Shown here piece after piece: positions 54,322 to 64,000 of a stretch of 64,000 nt of DNA; within the stretch, counting starts at the first letter, position 1, and each line of letters starts with the position of its first letter. A program made the translations under genes and the position numbers. Below the pieces are notes generated by a model. The model searched no databases. It was not told the DNA's origin and saw only the letters and a list, made by a program, of their open reading frames with translations. Origin of the DNA: Rhodospirillaceae bacterium (lineage in GTDB: Bacteria > Pseudomonadota > Alphaproteobacteria > GCA-2731375); the NCBI GenBank assembly GCA_018667855.1, contig JABIRL010000182.1, positions 5,503-69,502 on the forward strand, written 5' to 3'.

Positions 54322-54735
54322 GTGACCGCGAATCCGAACCCTGTTGATATCCATGTCGGCTCCCGTGTCCGACTACGCCGCACACTTTTAGGCATGAGCC
54401 AGGAAAAACTTGGCAACGCGCTGGGACTAACCTTCCAACAAGTGCAGAAGTATGAACGGGGCACCAATCGCATCGGCTCCAGCCGCCTGTTTTTGTTGAG
54501 CCGCATATTGGATGTACCGGTATCCTTCTTCTTTGATGATATGGCGCCGGAAGTCGCCGACGGACAGCGTGGTTTCGCCGAAGCGGCGCAAGCCAACTTT
54601 GATCAGGATGACCTGGCCAAGCGCGAAACGCTTGAACTGGTACGCGCCTATTATAAAATCACCGACGCCGGCGTTCGCAAGCGGCTGTTCGATTTGGTTA
54701 AGGCGGTTGGCGGCCAAGTTATCGACGAAAATTAA
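54322..54735 (+). CDS. XRE-family helix-turn-helix transcriptional regulator (conserved alphaproteobacterial gene upstream of metK)
   Basis: LRRTLLGMSQEKLGNALGLTFQQVQKYERGTNRIGSSRLFLLSRIL is an XRE HTH. GTG start. Confidence 0.75.
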   Translation: MTANPNPVDIHVGSRVRLRRTLLGMSQEKLGNALGLTFQQVQKYERGTNRIGSSRLFLLSRILDVPVSFFFDDMAPEVADGQRGFAEAAQANFDQDDLAKRETLELVRAYYKITDAGVRKRLFDLVKAVGGQVIDEN

Positions 54736-54901
54736 GGCGCAAAACAGCCAAATCTCAATGACCGCGGCGCCTGCGTCCTGTCGCCGCACCACTACGCCGT
54801 GACCAAGGCTTGACCCAAGGCAAAAAGCCTGCAACAACCCCGGCAACCGGCGGTATCGTCGGCGACATTGATCAATATTCCTAACTGGCTGGAGGCGCCC
54901 T

Positions 54902-56080
54902 GTGTCGAGCGGCAATTATCTCTTTACATCTGAATCCGTATCGGAAGGGCATCCCGACAAGGTTTGCGACCAAATTTCCGACGCTATCGTTGACATGTTT
55001 CTGACTGCCGATCCCGACGACGCCCGGGTCGCCTGCGAAACCCTGACGACGACCAATCTGATTGTCCTGGCCGGCGAAGTGCGCGGCCCGTCCGAAGTGG
55101 CCAACGACAAGGCGGCCATGGAACAGGCGGCCCGCGATACGGTGCGCCACATCGGCTATGAGCAAGATGGCTTTCATTGGAAAAATGCGGAAGTGCAAGT
55201 GCATCTCCATCCCCAATCCGTTGATATTGCCCAAGGTGTTGACGCCTCGGGCAACAAGGATATCGGCGCCGGCGACCAGGGCATCATGTTCGGTTACGCC
55301 TGTACCGAGACGGATGCGCTCATGCCCGCGCCGATCCATTATTCCCACGCCATTCTGCGCAACATGGCCGATGACCGTCGGGCCGGAAAAACACCGCAAT
55401 TCGGTCCTGATTCGAAAAGTCAGGTTACCTTGCGTTATGTGGACGGCAAACCGGTGGGCGCCACCTCCGTCGTGGTATCAACCCAGCATGCGGCGGATGC
55501 CGAGCGCGGCGAAGTCCGCGAACTGGTGCGTAAATATGTCCTTGATGTCCTACCGGACGGCTGGATGTGCGACGATGATGAATTCTATGTCAATCCGACC
55601 GGCCGCTTCGTCATCGGCGGTCCGGACGGCGATGCCGGTCTGACCGGGCGCAAGATCATTGTCGACACCTACGGCGGCGCCGCACCTCATGGCGGCGGCG
55701 CTTTTTCAGGCAAGGATCCCACGAAAGTTGACCGCTCGGCCGCCTATGCCGCCCGCTACCTGGCCAAGAACATTGTCGGCGCCAAATTGGCGGACCGCTG
55801 TTGCATCCAGCTGGCCTACGCCATCGGCGTGGCCAAGCCGCTGTCCATTTATGTGGATACCTACGGCACGGGTCGCTGCGACGAAGAGGCGCTGATCTCT
55901 TTCCTGTCCAAGAACGTGGATCTGAGCCCGCGGGGCATCCGCAATATGCTGTCCCTTAACCGGGCCATTTATGCCCCCACGGCGGCCTATGGTCATTTCG
56001 GCCAGGAACCGACAGAGGCCGGTCATTTCAGCTGGGAGAAGCTGGATCTGGCCGAGGAGCTAAAGCCGCTTCTTGGCTGA
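54902..56080 (+). CDS. metK: S-adenosylmethionine synthetase
   Basis: [36 protein letters not shown] and [32 protein letters not shown] motifs. GTG start. Confidence 0.95.
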   Translation: MSSGNYLFTSESVSEGHPDKVCDQISDAIVDMFLTADPDDARVACETLTTTNLIVLAGEVRGPSEVANDKAAMEQAARDTVRHIGYEQDGFHWKNAEVQVHLHPQSVDIAQGVDASGNKDIGAGDQGIMFGYACTETDALMPAPIHYSHAILRNMADDRRAGKTPQFGPDSKSQVTLRYVDGKPVGATSVVVSTQHAADAERGEVRELVRKYVLDVLPDGWMCDDDEFYVNPTGRFVIGGPDGDAGLTGRKIIVDTYGGAAPHGGGAFSGKDPTKVDRSAAYAARYLAKNIVGAKLADRCCIQLAYAIGVAKPLSIYVDTYGTGRCDEEALISFLSKNVDLSPRGIRNMLSLNRAIYAPTAAYGHFGQEPTEAGHFSWEKLDLAEELKPLLG

Positions 56081-56792
56081 ACCTCCTCTCCGCACACTGT
56101 ATGGCCGGCGGCGCGGCAAGCCATTACGGCAGGGACGTCGCGCCGCGTTGGAGCGGCTGTTGCCGCGATTGCAGGTAATTCCGGCTGACTATGCCAATGG
56201 TACGCTTGAACCCCGCGGCCTGTTCGAAACAGCAGTGCGCGGGGTCTGGCTTGAAATCGGCTTTGGCGCCGGCGAACACCTGGCGGCCATGGCCAAGGCC
56301 CACCCCGATGTAGGTTTCATCGGTTGCGAACCCTTCATAAACGGCGTGGCCCGTCTGTTGGTCGAAGTGGAACAGAACGGCCTGGACAACGTGCGCATCG
56401 TTGTGGACGACGCGGGACTGTTGCTGGACTGCCTGGCGACGGACAGTATTGATCGGGCCTTCTTGTTATTCCCCGACCCCTGGCCCAAACGCCGCCATAA
56501 CAAGCGGCGATTTATCGGACCGAATAACATCGCCGCCATGGCCCGGGTTCTGGTGACCGGGGCCCATTGGCGTATGGCGACGGACCATCGGGACTATTGC
56601 CGCTGGATGCTGGACCATATGACCACGGCGCCTGATTTCGGATGGCTGGCGCGCCGCCCCGGCGACTGGCGCATCCGTCCCGAGGACTGGCCACCGACCC
56701 GATATGAAAGCAAGGGCATCGAGGCGGGACGGCCACCGGTTTTCCTCAGCTTTGAACGTCTGTCGCCAAACCAGGTCAAAGATGCTCCTTAA
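56073..56792 (+). CDS. trmB: tRNA (guanine46-N7)-methyltransferase
   Basis: [14 protein letters not shown]-binding motif and [15 protein letters not shown] signature. 8-nt overlap with metK. Confidence 0.85.
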   Translation: MAEPPLRTLYGRRRGKPLRQGRRAALERLLPRLQVIPADYANGTLEPRGLFETAVRGVWLEIGFGAGEHLAAMAKAHPDVGFIGCEPFINGVARLLVEVEQNGLDNVRIVVDDAGLLLDCLATDSIDRAFLLFPDPWPKRRHNKRRFIGPNNIAAMARVLVTGAHWRMATDHRDYCRWMLDHMTTAPDFGWLARRPGDWRIRPEDWPPTRYESKGIEAGRPPVFLSFERLSPNQVKDAP

Positions 56793-56870
56793 GGCTTGCT
56801 TTGCGGCGTCCGGGACCATATATAGTCTCCTAACAAATAGCCTGGCGACCAGCGGGGCGGAAACAAAGGT

Positions 56871-56899
56871 GGGCCAGCGGCCCGCCTTTTGCGTTTTTT
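56871..56899 (+). terminator. Intrinsic terminator after trmB
   Basis: gggcc-agc-ggccc (nested in ggcgg ... ccgcc), followed by gccttttgcgtttttt. Confidence 0.5.
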
Positions 56900-56944
56900 G
56901 GGCAAGTTTTGAGCAAGACCATAGTTCGATAACGAGGGCAAATA

Positions 56945-57466
56945 GTGCCGGTAACAGATAACCAGCTGGGAGAGGTGGAGCGCCTGATCGGACCGTCGGT
57001 CGAGGCGATGGGTTTCCGCCTGGTGCGTCTGGCCCTGATGGGTGAAGACGGGCAGCCGACGTTACAGGTAATGGCTGAGCCATTGGATGAGAGCGAAATG
57101 AACGTTGATCATTGCGCCGATCTCAGCCGGGCCATATCCGCCATTCTGGATGTCGAGGATCCAATCCCCACGGCCTATTCTTTGGAAGTCAGCTCCCCCG
57201 GCGTCGACAGACCGCTGGTTCGGGCGGCGGATTTTGAACGGTTCGCGGGCTATCAGGCCCGCGTCGAAGCTGACGAGCCGATTGACGGCCGCCGCCGCTT
57301 TGTCGGTCGTTTGCTGGGCCTGGACGGGGAACGCGTAAAAGTTTCCGTAACCGACAGCGACGATAGCGTAAAAGAGTTCGCCATTCCTTTCGAGACTATT
57401 GCCCGCGCCAAGTTGGTGCTGACCGATGATTTGATCAAAGATACCTTGAAGAAGAGAAAAAATTGA
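56945..57466 (+). CDS. rimP: Ribosome maturation factor RimP
   Basis: Conserved RimP pattern (AMGFRLVRLALMGEDGQPTLQVMAEPLD ... YSLEVSSPGVDRPL) directly upstream of nusA. GTG start. Confidence 0.85.
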   Translation: MPVTDNQLGEVERLIGPSVEAMGFRLVRLALMGEDGQPTLQVMAEPLDESEMNVDHCADLSRAISAILDVEDPIPTAYSLEVSSPGVDRPLVRAADFERFAGYQARVEADEPIDGRRRFVGRLLGLDGERVKVSVTDSDDSVKEFAIPFETIARAKLVLTDDLIKDTLKKRKN

Positions 57467-59049
57467 TGGCCGATGCACAAACAGTCGTAGGCGCGAACCG
57501 TCTGGAGCTATTGCAAATTGCCGACGCGGTGGCGCGGGAAAAAGCAATCGACGCGGAAATCGTCGTTGAGGCGATGGAGGAGGCAATCCAGAAAGCCGCC
57601 CGCTCCAAATATGGTCAGGAAAACGAAATTCGTGCCGAGATTGACCGCAAGACAGGCAATATCGGTCTGTACCGGCTTTTGGGCGTGGTTGATGAAGTGG
57701 AGAACCCGGCCACGGAAATTCTGCTGTCCGAGGCACTGGGCCGCAACCCCGATGCCCGTGTTGGCGATCTGATCTCGGAAGTTCTGCCGCCCATCGATTT
57801 CGGCCGCATCGCGACGCAGACCGCCAAGCAGGTCATCGTACAAAAGGTCCGCGAGGCCGAACGGGAGCGGCAATACGAAGAATACAAGGACCGCATCGGC
57901 GAAGTGGTCAACGGCGTCGTCAAGCGGGTGGAATACGGCAATGTATTGGTCGATCTGGGCCGGGCCGAGGCCATCGTGCGCCGGGACGAGGCGCTGCCCC
58001 GGGAAAGCCTGCGCCAGGGCGACCGTATCCGGGCCTACATTTATGACGTTCGCTCGGAGCCGAGGGGACCGCAGATTTTTCTCTCCCGCACGCATCCCCA
58101 GTTCATGGCTAAACTGTTCACCCAGGAAGTGCCCGAAATCTATGACGGCATTATCGAAATCAAGGCCGTTGCCCGTGATCCGGGCAGCCGGGCCAAGATT
58201 GCCGTCGTATCCAATGACAGCAGCATAGATCCGGTCGGCGCCTGTGTCGGCATGCGGGGCAGCCGCGTACAGGCCGTGGTCAATGAACTGCAGGGTGAGA
58301 AAATTGACATCATTCAGTGGATCCCCGATCCGGCCGCCTTCCTGGTCAAAGGCCTGGCGCCGGCTGAAGTGGTCAAGGTGGTGATGGATGAAGAAGCCCA
58401 GAAGTTCGAGGTCGTGGTGCCCGACGAGATGTTGAGCCTGGCCATCGGCCGGCGCGGCCAGAACGTTCGACTGGCCTCGCAACTGACCGGCTGGGAAATT
58501 GACATCCTGACGGAGGAAGAGGAATCCGAGCGGCGCCAGGAAGAGCTGCGCCAGCGCAGCGAGCTGTTCATGGAGGCTCTGGTTATCGATGAAATGATGG
58601 CGCAGTTGCTGGCGACCGAAGGTTTCCGCTCGGTCGAGGAAGTCGCCTTCGTCGAGGCAGAGGAACTGGCCAGCCTGGAAGGTTTCGATGAGGACCTGGC
58701 CGCTGCCCTGCAGCAACGCGCCAGCGACTATCTGGACGCCCGGGATGCGGAATATGATCAACAAAGGGTCGATTTGGGCGTGACGGAAGAGTTGGCGGCG
58801 CTGGAGGGTCTGACGCCGGGCATGCTGGTCGCCCTGGGTGAGCAGGACATCAAGGAATTGGATGATTTCGCCGAATTAGCCACCGACGAACTGGTCGATC
58901 CCGGCGATGGTCTGTTGCGGGATTTCGAACTGGACGAGGAAACAGCGGCGGCCATGATCATGGCGGCGCGGGCTCATTGGTTCGAGGACGAAGATCAAGC
59001 CGAAGCCCCGGCTGATGCGGTCGCCGAAGATGGCGAAGCCGAGGCATGA
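57463..59049 (+). CDS. nusA: Transcription termination/antitermination factor NusA
   Basis: N-terminal domain, S1, KH1/KH2 (IAVVSNDSSIDPVGACVGMRGSRVQAV) and C-terminal acidic repeats. Confidence 0.95.
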   Translation: MMADAQTVVGANRLELLQIADAVAREKAIDAEIVVEAMEEAIQKAARSKYGQENEIRAEIDRKTGNIGLYRLLGVVDEVENPATEILLSEALGRNPDARVGDLISEVLPPIDFGRIATQTAKQVIVQKVREAERERQYEEYKDRIGEVVNGVVKRVEYGNVLVDLGRAEAIVRRDEALPRESLRQGDRIRAYIYDVRSEPRGPQIFLSRTHPQFMAKLFTQEVPEIYDGIIEIKAVARDPGSRAKIAVVSNDSSIDPVGACVGMRGSRVQAVVNELQGEKIDIIQWIPDPAAFLVKGLAPAEVVKVVMDEEAQKFEVVVPDEMLSLAIGRRGQNVRLASQLTGWEIDILTEEEESERRQEELRQRSELFMEALVIDEMMAQLLATEGFRSVEEVAFVEAEELASLEGFDEDLAAALQQRASDYLDARDAEYDQQRVDLGVTEELAALEGLTPGMLVALGEQDIKELDDFAELATDELVDPGDGLLRDFELDEETAAAMIMAARAHWFEDEDQAEAPADAVAEDGEAEA

Positions 59050-59086
59050 AGAGATAAGTAGGATTAGTGGGATAACGAACGGCACG

Positions 59087-59737
59087 ATGGGACAATTGGC
59101 AACCTTGGCAAGACCAGGAAAGGCGGCGGATGAAACGCCGGTACGGCGCTGTATCGCCACCGGCGATACGATGCCCGTGGATGGTTTGCTACGGTTCGTG
59201 GTTGGGCCGGAAGGCCAGCTTTGCCCAGATTTGGGCCGGGAATTGCCGGGCCGTGGCATCTGGGTGGGCGGACGCAGGGAATTGGTGGAACGGGCCGTGA
59301 AAAAACGCCTGTTCGCCCGCGCTGCAAGATCCGCCGTTACAGTGGCCGAAGATCTTGCCGAACAGATCGAGGGGCAATTGCAGCGCCGCTGTCTGGCGTT
59401 ACTGGGACTGGCCCGGCGGGCTGGTCAATTGACCGTGGGTTATGAGAAAGTGCGCGCCCTTTTGACTGCCGAACCTTCGGCCATTGCCGTCACGGCTCAT
59501 GATGGCTCTCTGAGAGGGCGTCAGAAACTGTTAAGCGGGCTGCAGGGCGAGGGTGGAGATGATGGTAAGGGCGGGCGCAGGGTCGTTACGCATTTCGCCA
59601 TTGAAGAATTGAGTTTGGCATTGGGCGGTGAAAATGTGGTACATGCTGCCTTGCGGGCCGGCGGCCTGGCAGATCGCTTTATGGGCGAGTGCCGCCGACT
59701 AGAGGATTTCCGCCACGAAACGGCCCGGTTGGCCTGA
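59087..59737 (+). CDS. YlxR (DUF448)-like RNA-binding protein fused or adjacent to an L7Ae-like domain
   Basis: RRCIATGDTMPVDGLLRFV is the YlxR motif. The C-terminal part resembles L7Ae/YlxQ. Conserved nusA-infB interval gene. Confidence 0.6.
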   Translation: MGQLATLARPGKAADETPVRRCIATGDTMPVDGLLRFVVGPEGQLCPDLGRELPGRGIWVGGRRELVERAVKKRLFARAARSAVTVAEDLAEQIEGQLQRRCLALLGLARRAGQLTVGYEKVRALLTAEPSAIAVTAHDGSLRGRQKLLSGLQGEGGDDGKGGRRVVTHFAIEELSLALGGENVVHAALRAGGLADRFMGECRRLEDFRHETARLA

Positions 59738-59838
59738 TGTCAGCCGGGTGATTTGCTGTGTCGGTATGTTGTTATTGGCACATTTGACGGCTTAATTTGA
59801 TTGCGGCGGCTGACAAGTGTTTGGCCGCCTGGAATGAG

Positions 59839-62487
59839 ATGGGACAAGACGACGTGAGTGATTCGGGTAAGAAAAAGACCCTGAGCCTTGGGGGCGGTGA
59901 ACCCCTTCGCCTGAAACAACCTGGCGAAGGCGGCGGTGCGCCGTCACGCGGCGGTATGGGCGGCGGACGCAAGACCGTCAAGGTTGAAGTGCGGCGGCGG
60001 CGGGCGCCTGCCCGCGGGAGCCAAGCGCCCGAGGCCTCGAGCCCGGTCGCCAGCCCTGAACCGGTCAAACAGCCGGCGGCTGCCGCTGAAAAAGTGGTGG
60101 AGGCGAGCGCCGTCACCGAAACCGTGGCTCCGGCCCCGGCCGCACCAGCGCCCCCGGCGACGGCGGACGCGGGGCCGGGACGTACACGTCATGTCTTGAA
60201 AACACTATCGACCGAGGAAAAATCGGCCCGTGCCCGTGCCCTGGAGAATGCCCAGGCGGCGGATCAGGCGGCCCGGGCCAGGGCCGAGGAAAATGCCCTG
60301 CGCCAAGCCAAGGAAGCGGCCCGCGTGGCCACCGAGCGCGAGGCCGCCGAGACCCGGCGTCATGAAGAGGAAGCTCGGAAGAAATCCGAGGATGACTCGC
60401 GCAAAAAGTCCGAGGAAGAAGCCGCCCGCAAATTACAGGAAAACGAAGCCAAGGCAGAGGCAGAGGCCGCCGCTCATGGCGATACGGTGGGCAAGCGTCC
60501 GTCACCGGCGGCCGGTGATGCCGCCGGACGCCGGGTCGAGCGGCGACCCGTGGAGCGCCCGAAACCAACGCCCCGCGCCCGTACGGAGCCGCGGCGCCGG
60601 GCCGGCCGCATCACGGTTACCGAGGCCTTGGCCGATCGCGAAGAACGTGTCCGCAGTCTGACCTCCATTCGCCGGGAGCGGGAGCGGCGCAAACAGCTGG
60701 CCGCGGAAAGCGGCGAAAGCCAGGGCAAGATCCTGCGTGAAGTCGTGGTGCCGGAAACCATCACGGTACAGGAACTGGCCAATCGCATGGCCGAACGGGG
60801 CGTTGATGTCGTGCGCTCGCTCATGGGTCTGGGCGTCATGGCGACGGTTAATCAGACCATTGATGCGGATACGGCGGAACTGGTCGTGGCGGAATTCGGC
60901 CACAGATTGCGGCGGGTTTCTGAATCCGATGTGGAAATCGGTCTGAAGGGCGATGCCGACGACCAAGGCGATCTGCAAGCCCGTGCACCGGTGGTGACCG
61001 TTATGGGTCACGTCGACCACGGCAAGACGTCGCTGCTGGATGCCATTCGCGAGGCGGATGTCGCCGCGGGCGAGGCCGGCGGCATCACCCAACATATCGG
61101 CGCCTATCAGGTCACGACGCCGGCAGGCAGCAAAATCACCTTTATCGACACCCCGGGTCATGCGGCCTTCACCGCCATGCGCGCCCGCGGCGCCCAAGTG
61201 ACCGATCTGGTGGTCCTGGTGGTCGCCGCCGATGACGGCGTCATGCCGCAAACCATCGAGGCCATCAATCATGCCAAGGCGGCGAACGTGCCCCTGATCG
61301 TGGCGGTGAACAAGATGGATTTGCCGGATGCAAATCCGAATAAGGTCAAACAGGAATTGCTGCAGCATGAAGTGATCCCGGAGGAAATGGGCGGCGAGGT
61401 ACAGATCGTCGAGGTTTCCGCCATCAAAAAGCAGAACCTGGACGGACTTGAAGAAGTCATCCAGCTTCAGGCTGAGCTTCTGGAGCTGCAGGCCAACCCC
61501 AACCGCCCCGCCGAGGGTGTGGTGGTCGAAGCGAAGCTGGACCGCGGCCGCGGCGCTGTTGCCACGATTTTGGTGCAGCGCGGCACATTGTCGGTGGGCG
61601 ATATCTTTGTCGCCGGCGGCCAATGGGGCCGGGTGCGGGCCCTGCTGGACAGTCATGGCGACCATGTTGAAAGCGCCGGACCATCCATGCCTGTCGAAGT
61701 CCTTGGCCTGAACGGCGCGCCGGGCGCGGGTGAGGAATTCAACGTGGTCGAGAGCGAAGCCCGGGCCCGGGAAGTTGCCGAATACCGTCAGCGCGTGGAA
61801 CGGGAACGCCGGGCCACGGCCGGTGCGCGGGGCAGTCTGGAAGAAATGTTCTCTAACCTGTCTTCCAGCGAAACCAAGGAATTCCCGCTGTTATTCAAGG
61901 CCGATGTGCGCGGCTCGCTCGAGGCGATCACCTCGGCGGTCGAGAATTTGGGTAACGATGAAGTTTCCGCCAGGGTGCTGCATGGCGGCGTCGGCGGTAT
62001 CACGGAATCCGATATTGATCTGGCCCGTGCCTCGAACGCGGTGGTAATCGGCTTCAATGTGCGGGCCAATCCCCAGGCCAAGGAAATGGCGCGGCAGGAA
62101 AATGTCGATATCCGCTATTATTCCATCATCTATGAATTGGTCGATGATCTGCGCAAGGCCATGAGCGGCCTGTTGGAACCGGAAATCCGCGAAACCGTTA
62201 TCGGCGGGGCCGAAGTATTGGAAGTCTTTTCGATCTCCATACTGGGCAAGATCGCCGGTTGCCGTATCAACAATGGTCTGGCCCGCCGCCAGGCCAAGGT
62301 CCGGTTACTGCGGGACGACGTGGTCATCCATACCGGCAGCATGAAATCCCTGAAACGCTTCAAGGACGATGCCAGCGAAGTGCGCGAGGGCAATGAATGC
62401 GGCGTCGCCCTGGAAAGTTACCAGGATATTCAGGCCGGCGATCAGTTGGAATTCTTCGAGGTCGAGGAAGTCGAACGCTCCCTATAG
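59839..62487 (+). CDS. infB: Translation initiation factor IF-2
   Basis: Long Ala/Glu/Arg-rich N-terminus, G-domain ([26 protein letters not shown]), and C-terminal domains through ... EVEEVERSL. Start taken at MGQDDV; an upstream in-frame ATG exists at 59797. Confidence 0.95.
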   Translation: MGQDDVSDSGKKKTLSLGGGEPLRLKQPGEGGGAPSRGGMGGGRKTVKVEVRRRRAPARGSQAPEASSPVASPEPVKQPAAAAEKVVEASAVTETVAPAPAAPAPPATADAGPGRTRHVLKTLSTEEKSARARALENAQAADQAARARAEENALRQAKEAARVATEREAAETRRHEEEARKKSEDDSRKKSEEEAARKLQENEAKAEAEAAAHGDTVGKRPSPAAGDAAGRRVERRPVERPKPTPRARTEPRRRAGRITVTEALADREERVRSLTSIRRERERRKQLAAESGESQGKILREVVVPETITVQELANRMAERGVDVVRSLMGLGVMATVNQTIDADTAELVVAEFGHRLRRVSESDVEIGLKGDADDQGDLQARAPVVTVMGHVDHGKTSLLDAIREADVAAGEAGGITQHIGAYQVTTPAGSKITFIDTPGHAAFTAMRARGAQVTDLVVLVVAADDGVMPQTIEAINHAKAANVPLIVAVNKMDLPDANPNKVKQELLQHEVIPEEMGGEVQIVEVSAIKKQNLDGLEEVIQLQAELLELQANPNRPAEGVVVEAKLDRGRGAVATILVQRGTLSVGDIFVAGGQWGRVRALLDSHGDHVESAGPSMPVEVLGLNGAPGAGEEFNVVESEARAREVAEYRQRVERERRATAGARGSLEEMFSNLSSSETKEFPLLFKADVRGSLEAITSAVENLGNDEVSARVLHGGVGGITESDIDLARASNAVVIGFNVRANPQAKEMARQENVDIRYYSIIYELVDDLRKAMSGLLEPEIRETVIGGAEVLEVFSISILGKIAGCRINNGLARRQAKVRLLRDDVVIHTGSMKSLKRFKDDASEVREGNECGVALESYQDIQAGDQLEFFEVEEVERSL

Positions 62488-62526
62488 GGCGCGGCATGCC
62501 GGTCTATTGAGCAGCTAACGAAAGCT

Positions 62527-63024
62527 ATGATCATGGCAAGCCATCGTGATACCGGGCGTCAAGACATTCGCCAGGGGGCGCGGGGTCCATCCCAGCGCCA
62601 GCTGCGTGCCGGCGAATTGATCCGTCATGCTGTGGCGGAAGTTTTGACCCGTGAAGAAATCCATCACGAGGATCTGGCGGGCGTCGCCATCACTGTTACG
62701 GAAGTCAGTCTTAGCCCTGATTTGCGCCAGGCAACCTGCTATATCATGCCCCTTGGCGGCAAGGATGCGGACCAGGTCCTCGCCGCGCTGCACAAGACAG
62801 GGCCATGGTTGAGCGGCCAGGTCGCCCGGCGGGTAGACTTGAAATTCACGCCGCGTTTGCATTTCCGCATAGACGAAAGTTTTGACAACGCTGATCATAT
62901 CCAACAGTTGCTGCGGCGTGACGATGTGGCGCCCGATCTGAGGCCCAACTCTGAAGAGCGGCCCGAAGAGGTGCCGGGAGAAGTGTCCGAAGATATGTCG
63001 GAAGAGGGCGCCGATGGGGCGTAA
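62527..63024 (+). CDS. rbfA: Ribosome-binding factor A, with an acidic C-terminal extension
   Basis: QRQLRAGELIRHAVAEVL ... KH-like RbfA core. About 35 extra acidic C-terminal residues. Confidence 0.85.
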   Translation: MIMASHRDTGRQDIRQGARGPSQRQLRAGELIRHAVAEVLTREEIHHEDLAGVAITVTEVSLSPDLRQATCYIMPLGGKDADQVLAALHKTGPWLSGQVARRVDLKFTPRLHFRIDESFDNADHIQQLLRRDDVAPDLRPNSEERPEEVPGEVSEDMSEEGADGA

Positions 63025-63910
63025 GCGACGTGGCAGGCCCGTCCATGGCTGGTTCATCTTCGATAAGCCATAGGGCATGACCTCCACCCAGGCGGTCGCG
63101 AAAGTACGCCGCGCCTTTGACGCCGCCAAGGCCGGTCATGCGGGCACTTTGGATCCCTTGGCCAGCGGTGTTCTACCCATTGCCATGGGCGAGGCGACCA
63201 AGGTTGTTTCTGCCGCCATGGACGGCGCCAAGGCCTACCGCTTCACTATTCGCTGGGGCGAAGAGCGGGATACGGATGATGCCGAAGGACAGGTGATTGG
63301 GCAAAGCGATAGCCGGCCGGCGGCGGCCCGGATCGAGGCTGCCCTGGCGCAATTCACCGGCGAGATCGAACAGGTTCCGCCCGCATATTCCGCCATCAAG
63401 GTGGACGGGGCCCGGGCCTATGACCTGGCCCGCAGCGGCGAGACGCCCAAATTGGCGGCACGGCTGATCAGGATCGACGAGTTGGCCCTGATTGATTGCC
63501 CCGACCCGGACCATGCGGTGCTGGAAATGATCTGCGGCAAGGGCGCCTATGTGCGCGGTTTGGCCCGTGATCTGGGCCGCCATCTGGGTTGCCTTGGACA
63601 TGTCAGTGAACTGCGCCGGGCAAGGGTCGGACACTTCGACGAAGCAATGGCGATTTCGCTGGATAAACTCGAGGACATGGGGCATAAGGGGGCGCTCGAC
63701 GACCTGCTTTTGCCGGTCGAGGCTGCGCTGGCCGACATCCCGGCGCTGGCCGTGACCGGTCCGGAGGCTGAACGTCTACGTTTTGGACAAGCCATCCGGG
63801 TTCCGCATAGCGTCGAGGGAACCGTATACGCGACGACCGACGGCAGACCGGTAGCACTGGCCAAAATTCATGCTGGAGAAGTCAAACCGGTGCGGGTCTT
63901 TAATCTGTAA
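63014..63910 (+). CDS. truB: tRNA pseudouridine(55) synthase TruB, interrupted by an in-frame TAG at 63071-63073 where a Gln codon is expected
   Basis: The [62 protein letters not shown] translation is collinear with E. coli [64 protein letters not shown]. ATG at 63014 overlaps the rbfA end. An ATG at 63077 immediately follows the TAG. Confidence 0.8.
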
Positions 63911-63956
63911 GATGCGAATAAACACAGTAAGACACTGTTTTAGATAGGAGAATTCG

Positions 63957-64000
63957 ATGTCGATTACGGCTGAACGCAAGACCGAATTGATTGGCGAATA
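63957..64000 (+). CDS. rpsO: 30S ribosomal protein S15, N-terminal fragment (continues past the window)
   Basis: MSITAERKTELIGE is the S15 N-terminus. AGGAGA RBS. Conserved truB-rpsO order. Confidence 0.7.
   Translation, partial: MSITAERKTELIGE

Noticed and set aside
63911-63956. acagt-aagac-actgt hairpin plus tttt between truB and rpsO
   Set aside because: Only 5 bp of stem. It is probably a weak attenuator or processing site in the known truB-rpsO leader, and is noted only here.
1-64000. Search for tRNA/rRNA genes, CRISPR arrays and IS elements / transposases / integrases
   Set aside because: No GGTTCGA[AG]TCC-type T-arm with an upstream acceptor/D-arm pattern was found in any non-coding gap. 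There are no rRNA-like stretches, no arrays of spaced direct repeats, and no transposase or integrase-like ORFs or terminal inverted repeats. The accessory character rests on gene content and the TA pair rather than recognisable mobile elements.

Overview
High-GC (about 62%) alphaproteobacterial chromosomal segment, possibly Rhodospirillales-like. The first ~45 kb is accessory and catabolic; the last ~19 kb is a conserved housekeeping core.

Accessory part, in order:
- Membrane adenylate cyclase next to a TerB-like protein.
- A MocR regulator divergent from a glyoxalase gene.
- A Rieske dioxygenase alpha/beta + TauD-like + amidohydrolase operon.
- A chromosomal ccdAB toxin-antitoxin pair.
- gdhA.
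- An LLM oxidoreductase / MaoC / acyl-CoA synthetase / TPP-decarboxylase block. The acyl-CoA synthetase carries a 1-nt frameshift.
- A 7-gene minus-strand operon: five TadE/TadG-like pseudopilins plus two unknown polytopic membrane proteins, driven from a strongly AT-rich island. No flp, cpa or tadABC machinery is present.
- An aminotransferase / enoyl-CoA hydratase / D-aminoacylase-TetR-CmcJ-like / acyl-CoA dehydrogenase block.
- A thymidylate-kinase-like gene with two tandem small paralogs.
- An operon of a pentaheme c-type cytochrome (with a poly-Asp linker) plus a 500-aa outer-membrane beta-barrel. This is a candidate porin-cytochrome module.

Core part: tsaB-rimI, a MucR/Ros regulator with a degenerate zinc site, fur-family, miaB-phoH-(7TM-HD)-ybeY-corC-lnt, HTH-metK-trmB, and rimP-nusA-ylxR-infB-rbfA-truB-rpsO. 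truB has an in-frame TAG where a conserved Gln codon is expected.

No rRNA, tRNA, CRISPR array or obvious IS/transposase was seen. Coordinates may be off by one or two nt where I re-derived start codons by hand.
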